Shown piece after piece: positions 26,901-38,900 of a stretch of DNA of 64,000 nucleotides. How positions within the stretch are numbered: the first letter of the stretch is position 1; the number at the start of each line of letters is the position of its first letter. The stretch covers positions 22,694,001 to 22,758,000 of the forward strand of contig NW_024704742.1 in the NCBI RefSeq assembly GCF_018977255.1, given 5' to 3'. The notes below the pieces were generated by a model. The model worked only from the letters and a program-made list of their open reading frames with translations. It did no database searches and had not been told where the DNA came from. Both the position numbers and the translations under genes were made by a program. The stretch comes from Callorhinchus milii. Its lineage: Eukaryota.

Positions 26901-29900
26901 CTAACTAAAGTAAAAAGTGCCCGAAATGTTTTAAATATTTCAATCTGGTATCTTACTGATCTATCCTTATAACTGCCGGGCAGAGGGGGCGCGAGGGGAA
27001 GACAATATAACTGGATATCTATTTTATTCTCTTTCCCTTCGGTTAGTTACATATGAGCAAGAGTAGGTCATTCAGTTTATGTAGCCTGTTCCACCAGTTT
27101 CTTAGATCGTGGCAGATCTTGTAATCCCATTTCTCTGCATTTTCCTTAACTACAGAATACATAGCCACTACACTTTTTAGTAAATCCCACTCTGTTTGGA
27201 TGTTTAAAAAAGGGATGTTTAAACATTCTTCCTCTCCAGCCTTCTGGGGCAGTGCATTTCACGTTCTCAAAGTATGAGAAAGGTATTCTGATCTTCCCGT
27301 GCCTTGCACCCTTCTTGCTCAAGTTCTGGCTGGAGATCAGCTCTCCATCCTCTGCCAACAACATGATATAACGAGTCGGCTGTTGGGAATTGCAGAAGGA
27401 ACAGTGAGACTAGCCTATTGACTTTTGATTCCCTTTTTGCCTGGTCTGAGTGAACCCGCTTGTCTAATGCCTAATTTGCTGTTGAGGTGCTTTGCCTTGA
27501 TAGCTATGAGCAACTGGGTTAAGACGGTCTTAGGTCACATCGGTCCCAACCAGTGAAAGAACAGTCTTTTTTTTATCGTATCCATCTGGCTTGTTTTTAA
27601 AAGGATTTGAAAGATTGCATAAATACTTGAGGAAAAATAATTAAGGGCTGAAGAGAAAAAGCGACTAGGGAGGAGAAATAGGATTGCAAAAGCAGGTTCT
27701 AGTGAGGGAAAGTTAGGACTCTTTTCTGTCCTGTAAATATTCTATAGATTTGAACCCATGACTCTTACTTGATGACAAAACACATTCCCCTCCTGTTCAC
27801 CACTGCTTGTGATAAAACACAGTGTCTAACAAAAACCTTCACAGTGCCTTGGAGCAACCCTTCATTTTAGTGCAGTTCTCCAACATTAACCTAGTTTAAC
27901 TACTCTGCAGTTGTGATTTTAAAAAGCTTCCACTTTTCCCTTTTTCTTAATGCAAAGTTTTGTTACATTGAGCGAACGCTAGTGTATTCAAAAATGCCAT
28001 GCTCTGCGCTTTGAGGCTTAAATTTGGCTGCAATTCATTTACAGCTTGTGGTTTTGAAGCAGCTGGAACAGATGTCGAAACAAACTCATGCTAACCATTT
28101 TCTTCATGTGGTTACCTATATAGCAGGTCACTGTAACTTGACATTGGGTCGAAGTGACTTGACATGCCTTTGTGGGAGGGTGGAAAAAAAAGTAGTGATT
28201 TAGGTTGCATTTTATACAAGCTAAGTGCAGTGAATTGCAAGCCTGCTGTATTTTCATCTGAAACGATCTGTGAAGGGTTTATGGTGTAATCTTCCTATGA
28301 AATATCACTAGCCCTTGTTAATGGGTCCAGGTGTTATTAAAGATAGGGTATCAGCCTGCCCCATATTGGGTATTTCTGAGCAGCCAATTCCTACAGTATT
28401 TTTATACTGGTAATGTTTCTACTTGTGATTCATTGAGCTGAGGGAAGCTTGTGCTGGGCAATGGAACATTTCCCTTCACCATTCCTTCCTCCCACCCCCC
28501 CTATATACATAATTGGATATCCCATTGTTAGCGTGCTGGCACACACATGTTCCAGGTCAAATACAGCACACATTTGTTGTACATAGCCCCTTTACTCCCA
28601 ACAGTGTTTCATAGCTACAGCCGTAAAAGAGCAACTCTGCACCAATGTGATCCTACAGCAGCGCTCTGGGTGCTCAATCCCGTTAGAGATGGGCACATTT
28701 GGGGATAGGAGTATTAGGGGTAATTGAGGGTATTAAGGGTAATGGAGAGAAGGTGAGGGAAAAATGGGATTAGTACTTCAACCGTGATCTAAGAAACTGG
28801 TGGAGCAGCCTCGACTGGCTGAATGGCCTCCTGGATTTCTGATTTCAAACTGCACAGATTTTAATGTTGAGAGGCGAACTTGATCTTTCAGCACTTTTAT
28901 GCTCAATGATCAATTTACCGGCAATGTGTTGTACCACTGCTGGGAGTAACTGCACAGGGTGATGAGGTGCCAACCTTTTTTGAGCTGAACTGAGGTGGAG
29001 TGATTCCCGGCAGAGCGAAACCTTAAGCAAGTTTCCTTACACCTGTGAAGCACTTTGAGACGCTTCGAAGACGTGATAAGGCACTATATCAAATGCAAGG
29101 ATTATTATTATATTATATATTCTGTGAAGCGCTTTGAGACATCTGAACGACGTATTAAGGCGCTGTATGAAATGTAATGATTTTTATTAGAATTAGAAAT
29201 TTGGTGACACCATTGAAAGTGAAGGAAATCCAAGGCCACCTCTTCAACATTAGAAGTTGGCTATTGGCCTGGACTACAGACCAGACTGTCACTCAGTACA
29301 GTGAATGCAGACTTTGAAGAAACTGAAGAAAAAAAAATTATAATATAATTACCCATGCCTAACGTTGTCTAGCTGTCTCAAAGCCCTTCACAGATTTCAC
29401 GCTAAAGTGTATTGACTGCATATCTGCAGGCAAACAAGGCAGCCAATTTTCGCAAAGTAATATCTCACAAAACAGCCATGAAGTGAATGACCAATTTTTA
29501 TTAGGCGATTGTTGGCCCTGGACACTGGGAGAAACTCCCTTCTCTTTTTGAATAGTACCATGGGATCTTTAATGTCCATCTGTACAGGCAGACAAGGCCT
29601 CAGTTTAACATCTCATCTGATTGATGGCACCTCCGACAATGCAGTGCTTCGTGAGCTGTGAATTGGAGCAATCAAGCCTGCGGCCTCCAGAACTGTGTAG
29701 CTTAGTCCGGAGTCTTTTCCCCACTAAGTTAGTGAGGGAGCCTGACATTTATTTTGTAGGAAACTGTTTTAGTTTGTCCAGATATTATTTTTTTTTTTTG
29801 GCTAGGTATCTATGGCAAAATAATGATCTAGCTATACGCTTTCCAGCTCCATAAATCTCTCCCACTTAATGAATATCTGGCATCAATAATGAGACATGTG

Positions 29901-32900
29901 ATTAATGAATGTTAAAATGCTAAAAACTCAGCAAAAGTACCTGCGGTATCAGAGGCTAGAGTTTCTTTAATATTCTATCCTAGGGTCAATTGATAAAATG
30001 AGTATTAATCATCTGTTCGAATCGGTGCAAAGAAAACTGGAGGGCATGAATCAGAGCTGGGAGAGCAGTGAGAGCCAGTGCTTGAGTTGTTTTAACTTTT
30101 CGATCATGGTTGAAAGTGAATTCTCTTTTATTGAAAGCTGAAGCCATGCAGGGCAATATATCAGCCATAAGGGGCGCCTGGGGGTAGAAATAGAGATAGC
30201 AGCAGCAACAACTTGCATTTATAAAACACCCTTCACACTGCATGGCATCTTGGAGCGCAGTGGTGCAGGTAAGGGTGTGCGAGAGCTTGGTTTAGGTAAT
30301 GTTGGATTAGATATGGTCATATGGTCAAAGCTCCCTCTTCTCTTCCCCAGTCCCCGTAACTGTGAGCGGCGTAAATATTCGGTGTTGGCAGGTTATTAAC
30401 GCGTTCATTTTGCAGCAGGGACCACCTGATGGTGATCAGGAGTAGAAACCTCATCTCATTGCCTAGGACATGAAGGTCAATGCCCCATTTTAAGGCTAAC
30501 TCAGCAGAAATCTTAGAACAGTTCGGGAGCCTAGATTTTTGATCAAGGCCAGTGTACAAAGAACAACCCATCAATGTCAAAGTGTTGTTCCACCACTTGG
30601 TATGAGCCAGTGTGTATTGGGTGGGGCGGGGAGAAGTGGGGGGATCTTCATGACCCTATGTCAGTAGAAAGAGATTCATTGAAACTAGTGCCTTTTTATG
30701 AGAGTGTATATTGAGAGTGCTTGTCACCTGGATTACTTCCGAAGTGCACACATTAGTCCATATCAACTCTGCTTCATATCTGCTCAGTTCTAATTCTGTG
30801 CATTACACGGGAATCTGCTGCATGCTTCTCTAAACCTTTAAACATTTTGTCACACACTTTATTCACTTTCACATATATCTAAAGAAATGAACGCTGTGAT
30901 CTTGTCTCTGTGGTTTAGTGCAACACCTTTACCAACTGGATAGACCTGTTTTTATTTGAAAGTACAAATCGCAGAGACAATTTCCAACAGCAAGCTACTA
31001 ACACCCAAGATAACGCTGACAGTTTGACCTCTAAAGGCAGTTTTACCCATATCCTGGCCAATGATTCCCCAGATAAAATTGTTCATTCAAATCAATGGGG
31101 GTTTGTGCCACGTGGGGTGTGCACATTAGCTGCCAAATTCACACAAAATACCCAGTCGCTAGCCTTTACAGTAACTTTTGTGGAGTGCTTTGTCTTGTCC
31201 TGCCTGACATGCAAGATGCTTCATCAAATGCAAAGATTGCTATTTTATTTAAGCGCTCTGAGACGCTACCCTGCAGGGAGGGTGCTGTATAAGTGCAAGA
31301 AGCTGTTGTTGTATTTATTATTATTATTACCTCTCAATGGAATTATTTGCTACCTTGCTGCTCAATACTTGCAGAATCTATTCTGCGTAACCACTGCAGC
31401 TGAATTAACTCATTGCGGCGGTGTTACACCTGTTCAGCTCAGGTCACGTGCAAAAGAATGATAGTACTTGTACAAAGCTGCTCCCGCTGGCCTTTTACTT
31501 CTTTAGGAATATCCATTGTATTCTGGACCTGTTATTTCCTGTTAAACTTACAGTAATTGTATAGTAAAGGTCTGATCCATACTGGCATTTGCCATCTTAG
31601 AACTGAAAGCTCAAAAACTGACCGAAAGCCAAATATATTCTCCTTCCAGTTACATTAAAACCTTTGTGTTTATAATCGATGCCAGTAACCGAAGACTGTA
31701 ATTCAATCTTGAAATGCTGATCACATTATAGACAGCTGGAGCCGTCGCTCTTGCAATTCATCATACAGTTTGGGATCTTTGGTTACGTCACTGTCCATTC
31801 GTACCTCCTGGGTATTCCCTATTCTCTGTTTAGCTGGTGATGCAGCAGTAAGTTGGATATGTTACACACTTTACAGATTTCCGCATGTGTTGGCCGCCTG
31901 ACTTCAGCTCTTATAGCAGAGGTATGCTTTCAAACTAGTCTCAGGTCACTTTAGATCTTTTCACTGCAGAGAAACAAGATAAGTTGAGCCCCAAGTACAA
32001 TAAACCTCACATATGTCGTATCAGTTGGGACCATACATTTAATTTGGCTTCTGCAGAATATGACTTATGTGAAACTTGCATAAGTCGTATCTGATTTATG
32101 TAAAGTTACGTACAAGTCAGATTTTATAAGATCAATACAAAACAAATATAGTATTTGAACTGGCTGCTGACATTTAAGGCAAGGTTTCTGTACCGTGTTT
32201 AACTTGTGCATTTTAAAGGTATGGCAACCCATTCTTTCCATATACAGTACTGCAAAGTGCTGTATATGGAAAGATATGCATGCGCAGAAAACATGTACTG
32301 GCAATGAACGGCAAAACCAAACAGGTTTCAAGATAGAACTGTTTTATTAGAATATAAACTCCTACAAAAATTGTTTCACATTGGCTGCTGAGGGCCTAAT
32401 GCTGTTTGAGACCCACAAAAAGCTGCCCCTCTCTCTGTGCTGTCGATCACTCACTGTTTCTCTCTCATCCCCTCTCACTCATGCTCCTTCTCTCTCTCTC
32501 TCTTCCTTCTCTCAGTACACTTTCTCCCTCTCTCTCTCTCTGTTTCTTTCTCTACCCCTCCCATCTAACTGTTTCTCCTTCTTCCTCCACTCTCCCTCAA
32601 TCACTCTCTCTCCCTCTCCATTACTCTCTCCCTCTTTCTCCGAATCAATCTTGATTGAGAAAAAGAGAGAGGGTTCTCCCAACCGCCGGCTCCTGTTGCT
32701 GTCCTAAGAGGACGATTCGCCAGAGACAAAGGGAGCAGGTGACCCAAAGTCTTTCTCTTTCCTCTCTCACCCCCCCATTGCCGTGCACGATGTCGTTGAT
32801 GTTATGCCCCTGGGAGGGAGCGCGCGGAGAGCGTTGGGCTGAACATGTTCGTAGGAAACAAAGTTTTGACCCGTAACTAGCAAGTCCGATAGTGGTGTTA

Positions 32901-35900
32901 CGAGTTACGCGGTTGTTAATATGACTAGTGCATTTAAATTTAAGTGGATTTAATAGGAAATTGAATGGGACTTCGGCTGATGTACCAGTTGGGCGATTAT
33001 ACGATCTATATAGATCAGACCTATGCGAGGTTTAACATTAAATCTGAAGCGCTTTGAGATGTCCAACTGAAAGACACTGTAATCAAATCTTTGTTATTCT
33101 TGTGCATCTTTATTTCCACTGATTGAAACTGCTTTTCTTTTCTTCTAGTTGAGAAACCTAGCCGTGTTGAGGATGATACTCCAACTGGAAGCATAGAATC
33201 TATCTCATCCCACTCCTCCATAATCACAACATCCTCCAACTCTAACAGCCCCCCAGAGCAAGCCAGGAACCGGATCCAATCCAACAATAGTGATACCGTT
33301 GACTTGGCAGCTTCTTCGTAAGTTCTGTTTTATTGACCGTTGTAAAAGTTGTTAAAGAGTGCCTATATTTTTTTGTGTGCTGAGCATGCAGACGAAGACC
33401 TGATGTTGCCGAGCTGATGTAACACAACGAGGTTGAATTCGCAGACGAGACACTTCCTTCTTTGCTGCACATAGGATAACATGAATAAATGTGCTTCTTG
33501 TGTGTGATATGTACATGCACTGTAACATTGATTTAGTTAATTGTGTTTTATATAGATATATATGGCATATGTGTGTATGCGCATGTTATAAACATGCATA
33601 GGGCAACCCTGTTCTCTTGGTCCATTGCCTCAGAGGCTGTGTCATAAGCAAATTACAAAACAAGGGCTGATTTCTGGGTCCTCAGATCGGCCCTGACATC
33701 ACTTACTGTGTGCTCGCCACGGGAAACGGTGCCACTGGAAACGGCGCTGACAATTCCTGAATTGATTATCAATGGTGCTTCCCGTTCATGTCACAGGAAG
33801 TGACGTTTCCATAGCACCAGAAGTGATGTCAGCAGTGACCCAAATGTCGGCCATTTAGTACCGGTCCATAGGACACCATGACACAAGGGAACCTGCACTA
33901 AAATTGGGGGAGTGCATTATACCAGCGTCGCTCTTTATGTTGGGAGTATATTTTATATAAAACATCACATTTGTCAATCAATACCGGCATATTAATTTTT
34001 TTTTGTAAATCATTGATTTTAAAGCTCAATAATGTGTCTGTGAGGTTAGCATCTTAAGAATTAAGAGAGGCATTTTAGATGTTAAAAACTTTTTTTAAAA
34101 ATGAACTGGATTCCGCCTTAATTACTATTAATTCTTTTATAAAGTGGCATCATTACTGCAGTATCAGTAACTTAATTGTTTTAGCACTAGCAATCTTAAG
34201 CTAATAATTGGTGGGAGTTCAGTTCCATCTCCTGTAATGCATCCATTTCCTTATTTTCCGTATATTTATTGTATTATGTAATTTTGTATACATTTTTAAA
34301 AAATTATCCATGACTGTATGTATTTACTATATTTTAACAGAGTACAATACAGGGCTTTAATCAGGAAATTAACTGAGAACTGCTGAATTGTTTTTATATC
34401 CCAAACTGATTTGATCTCCCTTAATGTGAATATCAGGCTTTCTACTGTATGTTGAGTGTCATTGGATCTCCTCTCCACAAACCTGTTGTGCGGTGAGCAT
34501 TATTTGCATGTCTCAATGAAAGAACCTACCTTGTTAATTCAAGTCTGTAATCTGTAACTCTGTAACAAACACAAATGAGGGTGCTTTAAATAATCTAAAG
34601 CATGTTTTAGATTCAGTTTGAATGGTCCTTAGACAATGGGCAGCTCTAGCTCTGTGTGTGGTATTGTCAAGTGACCTATTACTGATGTGTTACCAACTTG
34701 TTTCCCCTAGCAACCTCTTCAAAACGACAACTTAACTGCTTTTTAGCATTTATTTACTGAGAAATGGCCTTGCTGCTTATTACCGACGCAATGTGTTTTT
34801 CTTCCTTTTTCTCATTTGTTATTTGTGGCAAGGGCCATTTTGGCACATCGTGGTGGTTGGGGGGGTCACCCCTCCAACTCACTGTCAGGCCCAGTCCAAC
34901 CTGTACGCCATGGTGTCTGCAATCGCTTCCACAGTATCCTGGCATCTCTCCGTCTGTGCCCCGTATGGGACAACTCTGATGTCCTGCCTTTGGTGTCTAT
35001 GGGTTTTTGCTGTTGTGAATTGAGTCTCTCTCTCGTACTCTCTCCTTTTTTGGAGACAAAGTTCCATCTTTTGGCTGCTTTGTTCTGCCAGTTTTCCACC
35101 AATGGTAGCATTGCTAGTTTTACATTACTTACTCTAGTCCCCTCAAGAGACATGTGTATGAAGGCACTGACTCTGGAGACAAGTATAATTGCTCTTTTCG
35201 TGACGATAAGCTGATTTTCTATCTCTGTCTGTCGCTGTGGACCTGAAGTCTTTAGTTCTCTTTCAAGATGTGTGGAGTAATCAAATTGACATAAGGATTT
35301 CAGATAGGGCTGGAGGAAGGATGTGTGCCAGGTTGTTTCCAGATTTTCTATGTTAAATACCTTCATGAGGGATACATAACGATCCTATAGAGAGCCAGCT
35401 ACATATCATTCATCTCAGTTATATATCCAAAGGCCTAACAGGTAGGATGGTCCTAGCTGGACAAGCAGCGGGAAAGCTTGCCAGACAGTGATATCAACCG
35501 CAAGTATGTGGTTTTAGACTCCAGCAGTACTCCAACTCACACTATGGTATCCCCAAGCCTTGGCTTTCCAGAATTAGGCAAGCAGGATATGTCCCTCAAG
35601 GGAGAGAGTGCACATTCCATTCCAGATGCAGGGAAATTTCAGTGTGAAGGTGGCATAGGTATGTGAAACTCTGGTTTGGATACTCTTAAGCGTAGCATGG
35701 TGATGGTTTTCTGCATGCGTCAGCCAAACTCAGCTAATCAAAGTAAATCATTCATCTGTATTTGCACTGTCCAGTATGTGCTGAAGGATATGTGGTCGGT
35801 ATCCTCACACACAGTTTGTTAATGTAACATTTTGGGGCAGTTATATGAATAAGGTGGTGGTGATCATGTGTCACTTGAGGCTGCATTCTTCTTTCCTCTT

Positions 35901-38900
35901 TCCCCCAATTCTGACGCTCCTGATGGAAATTCCTTTGGTTCCCAAAATGTTGCTATATCCCAACTGGCATCCCATCAGGCTGGCACACCATCAAGAGCAA
36001 GGGATTCATGGAAGTTAGCCAAATTGAGAAAAAGTCTTATATTTCTTGCGTCAAATTGGTGGCGGTCAAGTTTGCTTGCTGGTGTGTTGGCTTGATGCAC
36101 ATTTTACATCGGTCCCCATTTGCTAGAAGTAGGATTCCTCTCACTAACCTACCTTTCACTATGTTTTTTGGCTGTCTGTCTGCATCCTTCTTTTTCCCCT
36201 TTTTCCCCAGCCCACAGGCAGGGTGTGGTCTTCTCTCCTTTCTTTCCCTTCTGGTGATAACCGCTTGTCCCCATTGTTTCCACCAGGTCTTTCCTATCCT
36301 TCCGCTGGCTTCCTAAAGCTTCCTATAACTTTCCTTGTAGCTGCTGGCCTCCACAGTGCGCTTGACTATCTGAGTGCTGCAGACTGATCCTGGACATGTG
36401 TAAATTTTGCTGACTGCTTATTATTAAACAATTGACTAATTTCCTGTTTTAGATTTGTCATTTATGTTCATTTGTATTAATGGGCTTTTTAACTGTCTGT
36501 AATTGTTGCTGTTTGTTTGCCTGGAAAACTTTTATAAATAAACTTTTTGTTTTAAATAAAACAGTTGTTAAGAAGTGAACGTTTAACTTCATTCTTCTTT
36601 TGCTGAAGATCTAAAACGGCTCCTTGGTGGTGGTAAAGGTTAGGGTTGTATTATATAACAAACAATGCACTGGCTTAAATATCTTCATTTCCTAACAATT
36701 CAACTACAGTAGATGATGTCCTTGAATGGTAATTTTTCCCCATAGTTCCCAGAAAATGCCAGGTGTTTATTCAGTGAACATTTTCTCAGGAGATGCCAAA
36801 ATGCTGGTGCTCTTAAGATAGTCAGTGTAAAATTTATCTAATTGGCTCCATGTTAGTTGCCATGTTAATGTAGGATGAACAGAAACACTAGGGAAGTGTC
36901 AGGAGCAAGCCCCTGTGCAGTGAATTGTTTGATTTGTTGAACACTGTAGCACTATGAGGTTCAGATGGATCAGGTCATTGGTACAATCAGCAAGGTGCAA
37001 AACTTTTTACAGTAGTAAAGCTGCTCAGACATCAGGAGGGACATCATGCTGGAACATTAACCTGAAATGTTTTAAAAAACAAATTGCAATACTTCACCTG
37101 TGGTTGCTAATAATTGTCTTTTCCTTCTATTATTTATCTCTTTCCTTTTAATTAGATTTTCTTTTTACGTCTTTATTTCTCTCTCTAACACGTTTTTTTG
37201 TACCCTATTTTTAACTACTCTTTATCTTACATTTATAATAAACCTTGCATTTGATATAGCGCCTTATCACGTCGTTGAGACATCTCAAAGCATTTTGGGG
37301 AATATACTGTGAGGTGCATTGACTGTATTTTCTGGGTGAAACATGGCAGCCAATTGTGCACAGCAGTATCCCACAAACAACCGCGGATTGAGTGCCAAAT
37401 AATTTTTTGAGGGATGATTACCCCGGAAAAGCGATCCTCCAATTGACTAACAACCGGGTTCCTACTTATTGATTGTTAAACAGAGGCATATTGAGTAAGG
37501 AAACTTTGTGGAGTCCTGTAGCTCAGTGGTTAGAGCACTCGCTTTGCAAGTGAGAGACCTGAGTTCAATTCCAGGCAGAGGGCGAAACCTTGGGCAAGTT
37601 TCCTTACTCCACACGCCTAATAATAATCCCTCTAAAACCCAAAACAATAATAAATTGGTCATTTTCAATCCATGACTGTTTGTGGGACATTGTTGTGCGC
37701 AATTGGCTGCCGCGTTCGCCCACAAATATACAGTCAATTCACTTTACAGTGTGTTCTGTGAAGCGCTTTGGGACGTCCTCCCGACGTGAAAAGCGCTATA
37801 TCAAATGCAAGGATTATTATTATTATTATTATTATTATTATTGCCTAAGGCTTCGCCCAACCTGAGAATAGAACCTGGGTCCTTTCACTTGCAAGGCGAG
37901 TGCTCTGAACAATACCCTATGGGACTACACTTCTTTCTCCCCACAATCATTTCAGAAGGTCTTCAAAACAAAGTTTATTTTAGGTTATAAAAAAGAGTCT
38001 ATTTACTGAGGTGGAGGGCCGGTCGACTCACTGACCAAGTGAATTTCTGACGTGGTTCTGTGTTACACGTGTGTTAGGACCAGGCAGAGTAAATCCTTTG
38101 ATAGCTCTGCATTGTTCCCAAAGAGTGAGCTTAATACACGGCTTAAACGGTTAAACCGAATGCATGCACAACCGATAGCTTGTGATGCTGTAAACATATC
38201 AAGCTTTCACTTGCATATCAGAGGCTGAGAATAGTTCTTGCCTCCTGCATTGGGAGAGGATGTTTACAGGGCAAGTCACCCTGGACTGCTCTGAATCAGA
38301 TACTGAGTGCTTTTGGCAAAGGTAAATCAGCTGTCTGTCTTCAGCCAGGGACTTGTGCATTGAGCCATTGAGACCTGAGTGAAAAAAGGAGGCGGTTATG
38401 AGGCTTAAAATGTCAAAAAGCTTTCTCGATACTTTAGTGTGGAAATATTTACTGCATTTTCATTTTTCACAGTTAAGGCTTCTGAGGTCAGGCCAGCTCT
38501 CTACTAGCACTACAATACCATTTCACTTTGCCTGTGGTAAACCTAGCTGGAAAGAATTTGGGAATGTTTTCTTTCCCCTGTCGGTCGGGTGGCCATTTGT
38601 TGTGAGCTCCTGCTCAGGTTACTGTTCATGCTGCGTAGTGAGCCACAGTCTTTCTCTCTCCCACAGTTGCTCTCTCTTCGCAGTGTCTCTCTCTCTCTCT
38701 CGCTCTGTCCCCACAGGCTCTCATATTCTCTCTCTTTTGCGCACGGTCCTCCCAGTCTTTCTCTCTCACTGTCTCTCAATCTTTTTCTCTCCACACAGTC
38801 TCTTTCTCTCACTCTCTCTCTCTCTCTCTCTCATTCACTCTGCCCACACAGTATTTCTCTCTCTGCGGTCTTAGTAGTGCCATCTGAGGAAGGTGTTCAC

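Noticed and set aside
37590..37865. Recurrent ORFs such as [10 protein letters not shown]... and ...KCKDYYYY
   Set aside because: Translations of SINE copies and their (TTA)n tails; no evidence of coding function
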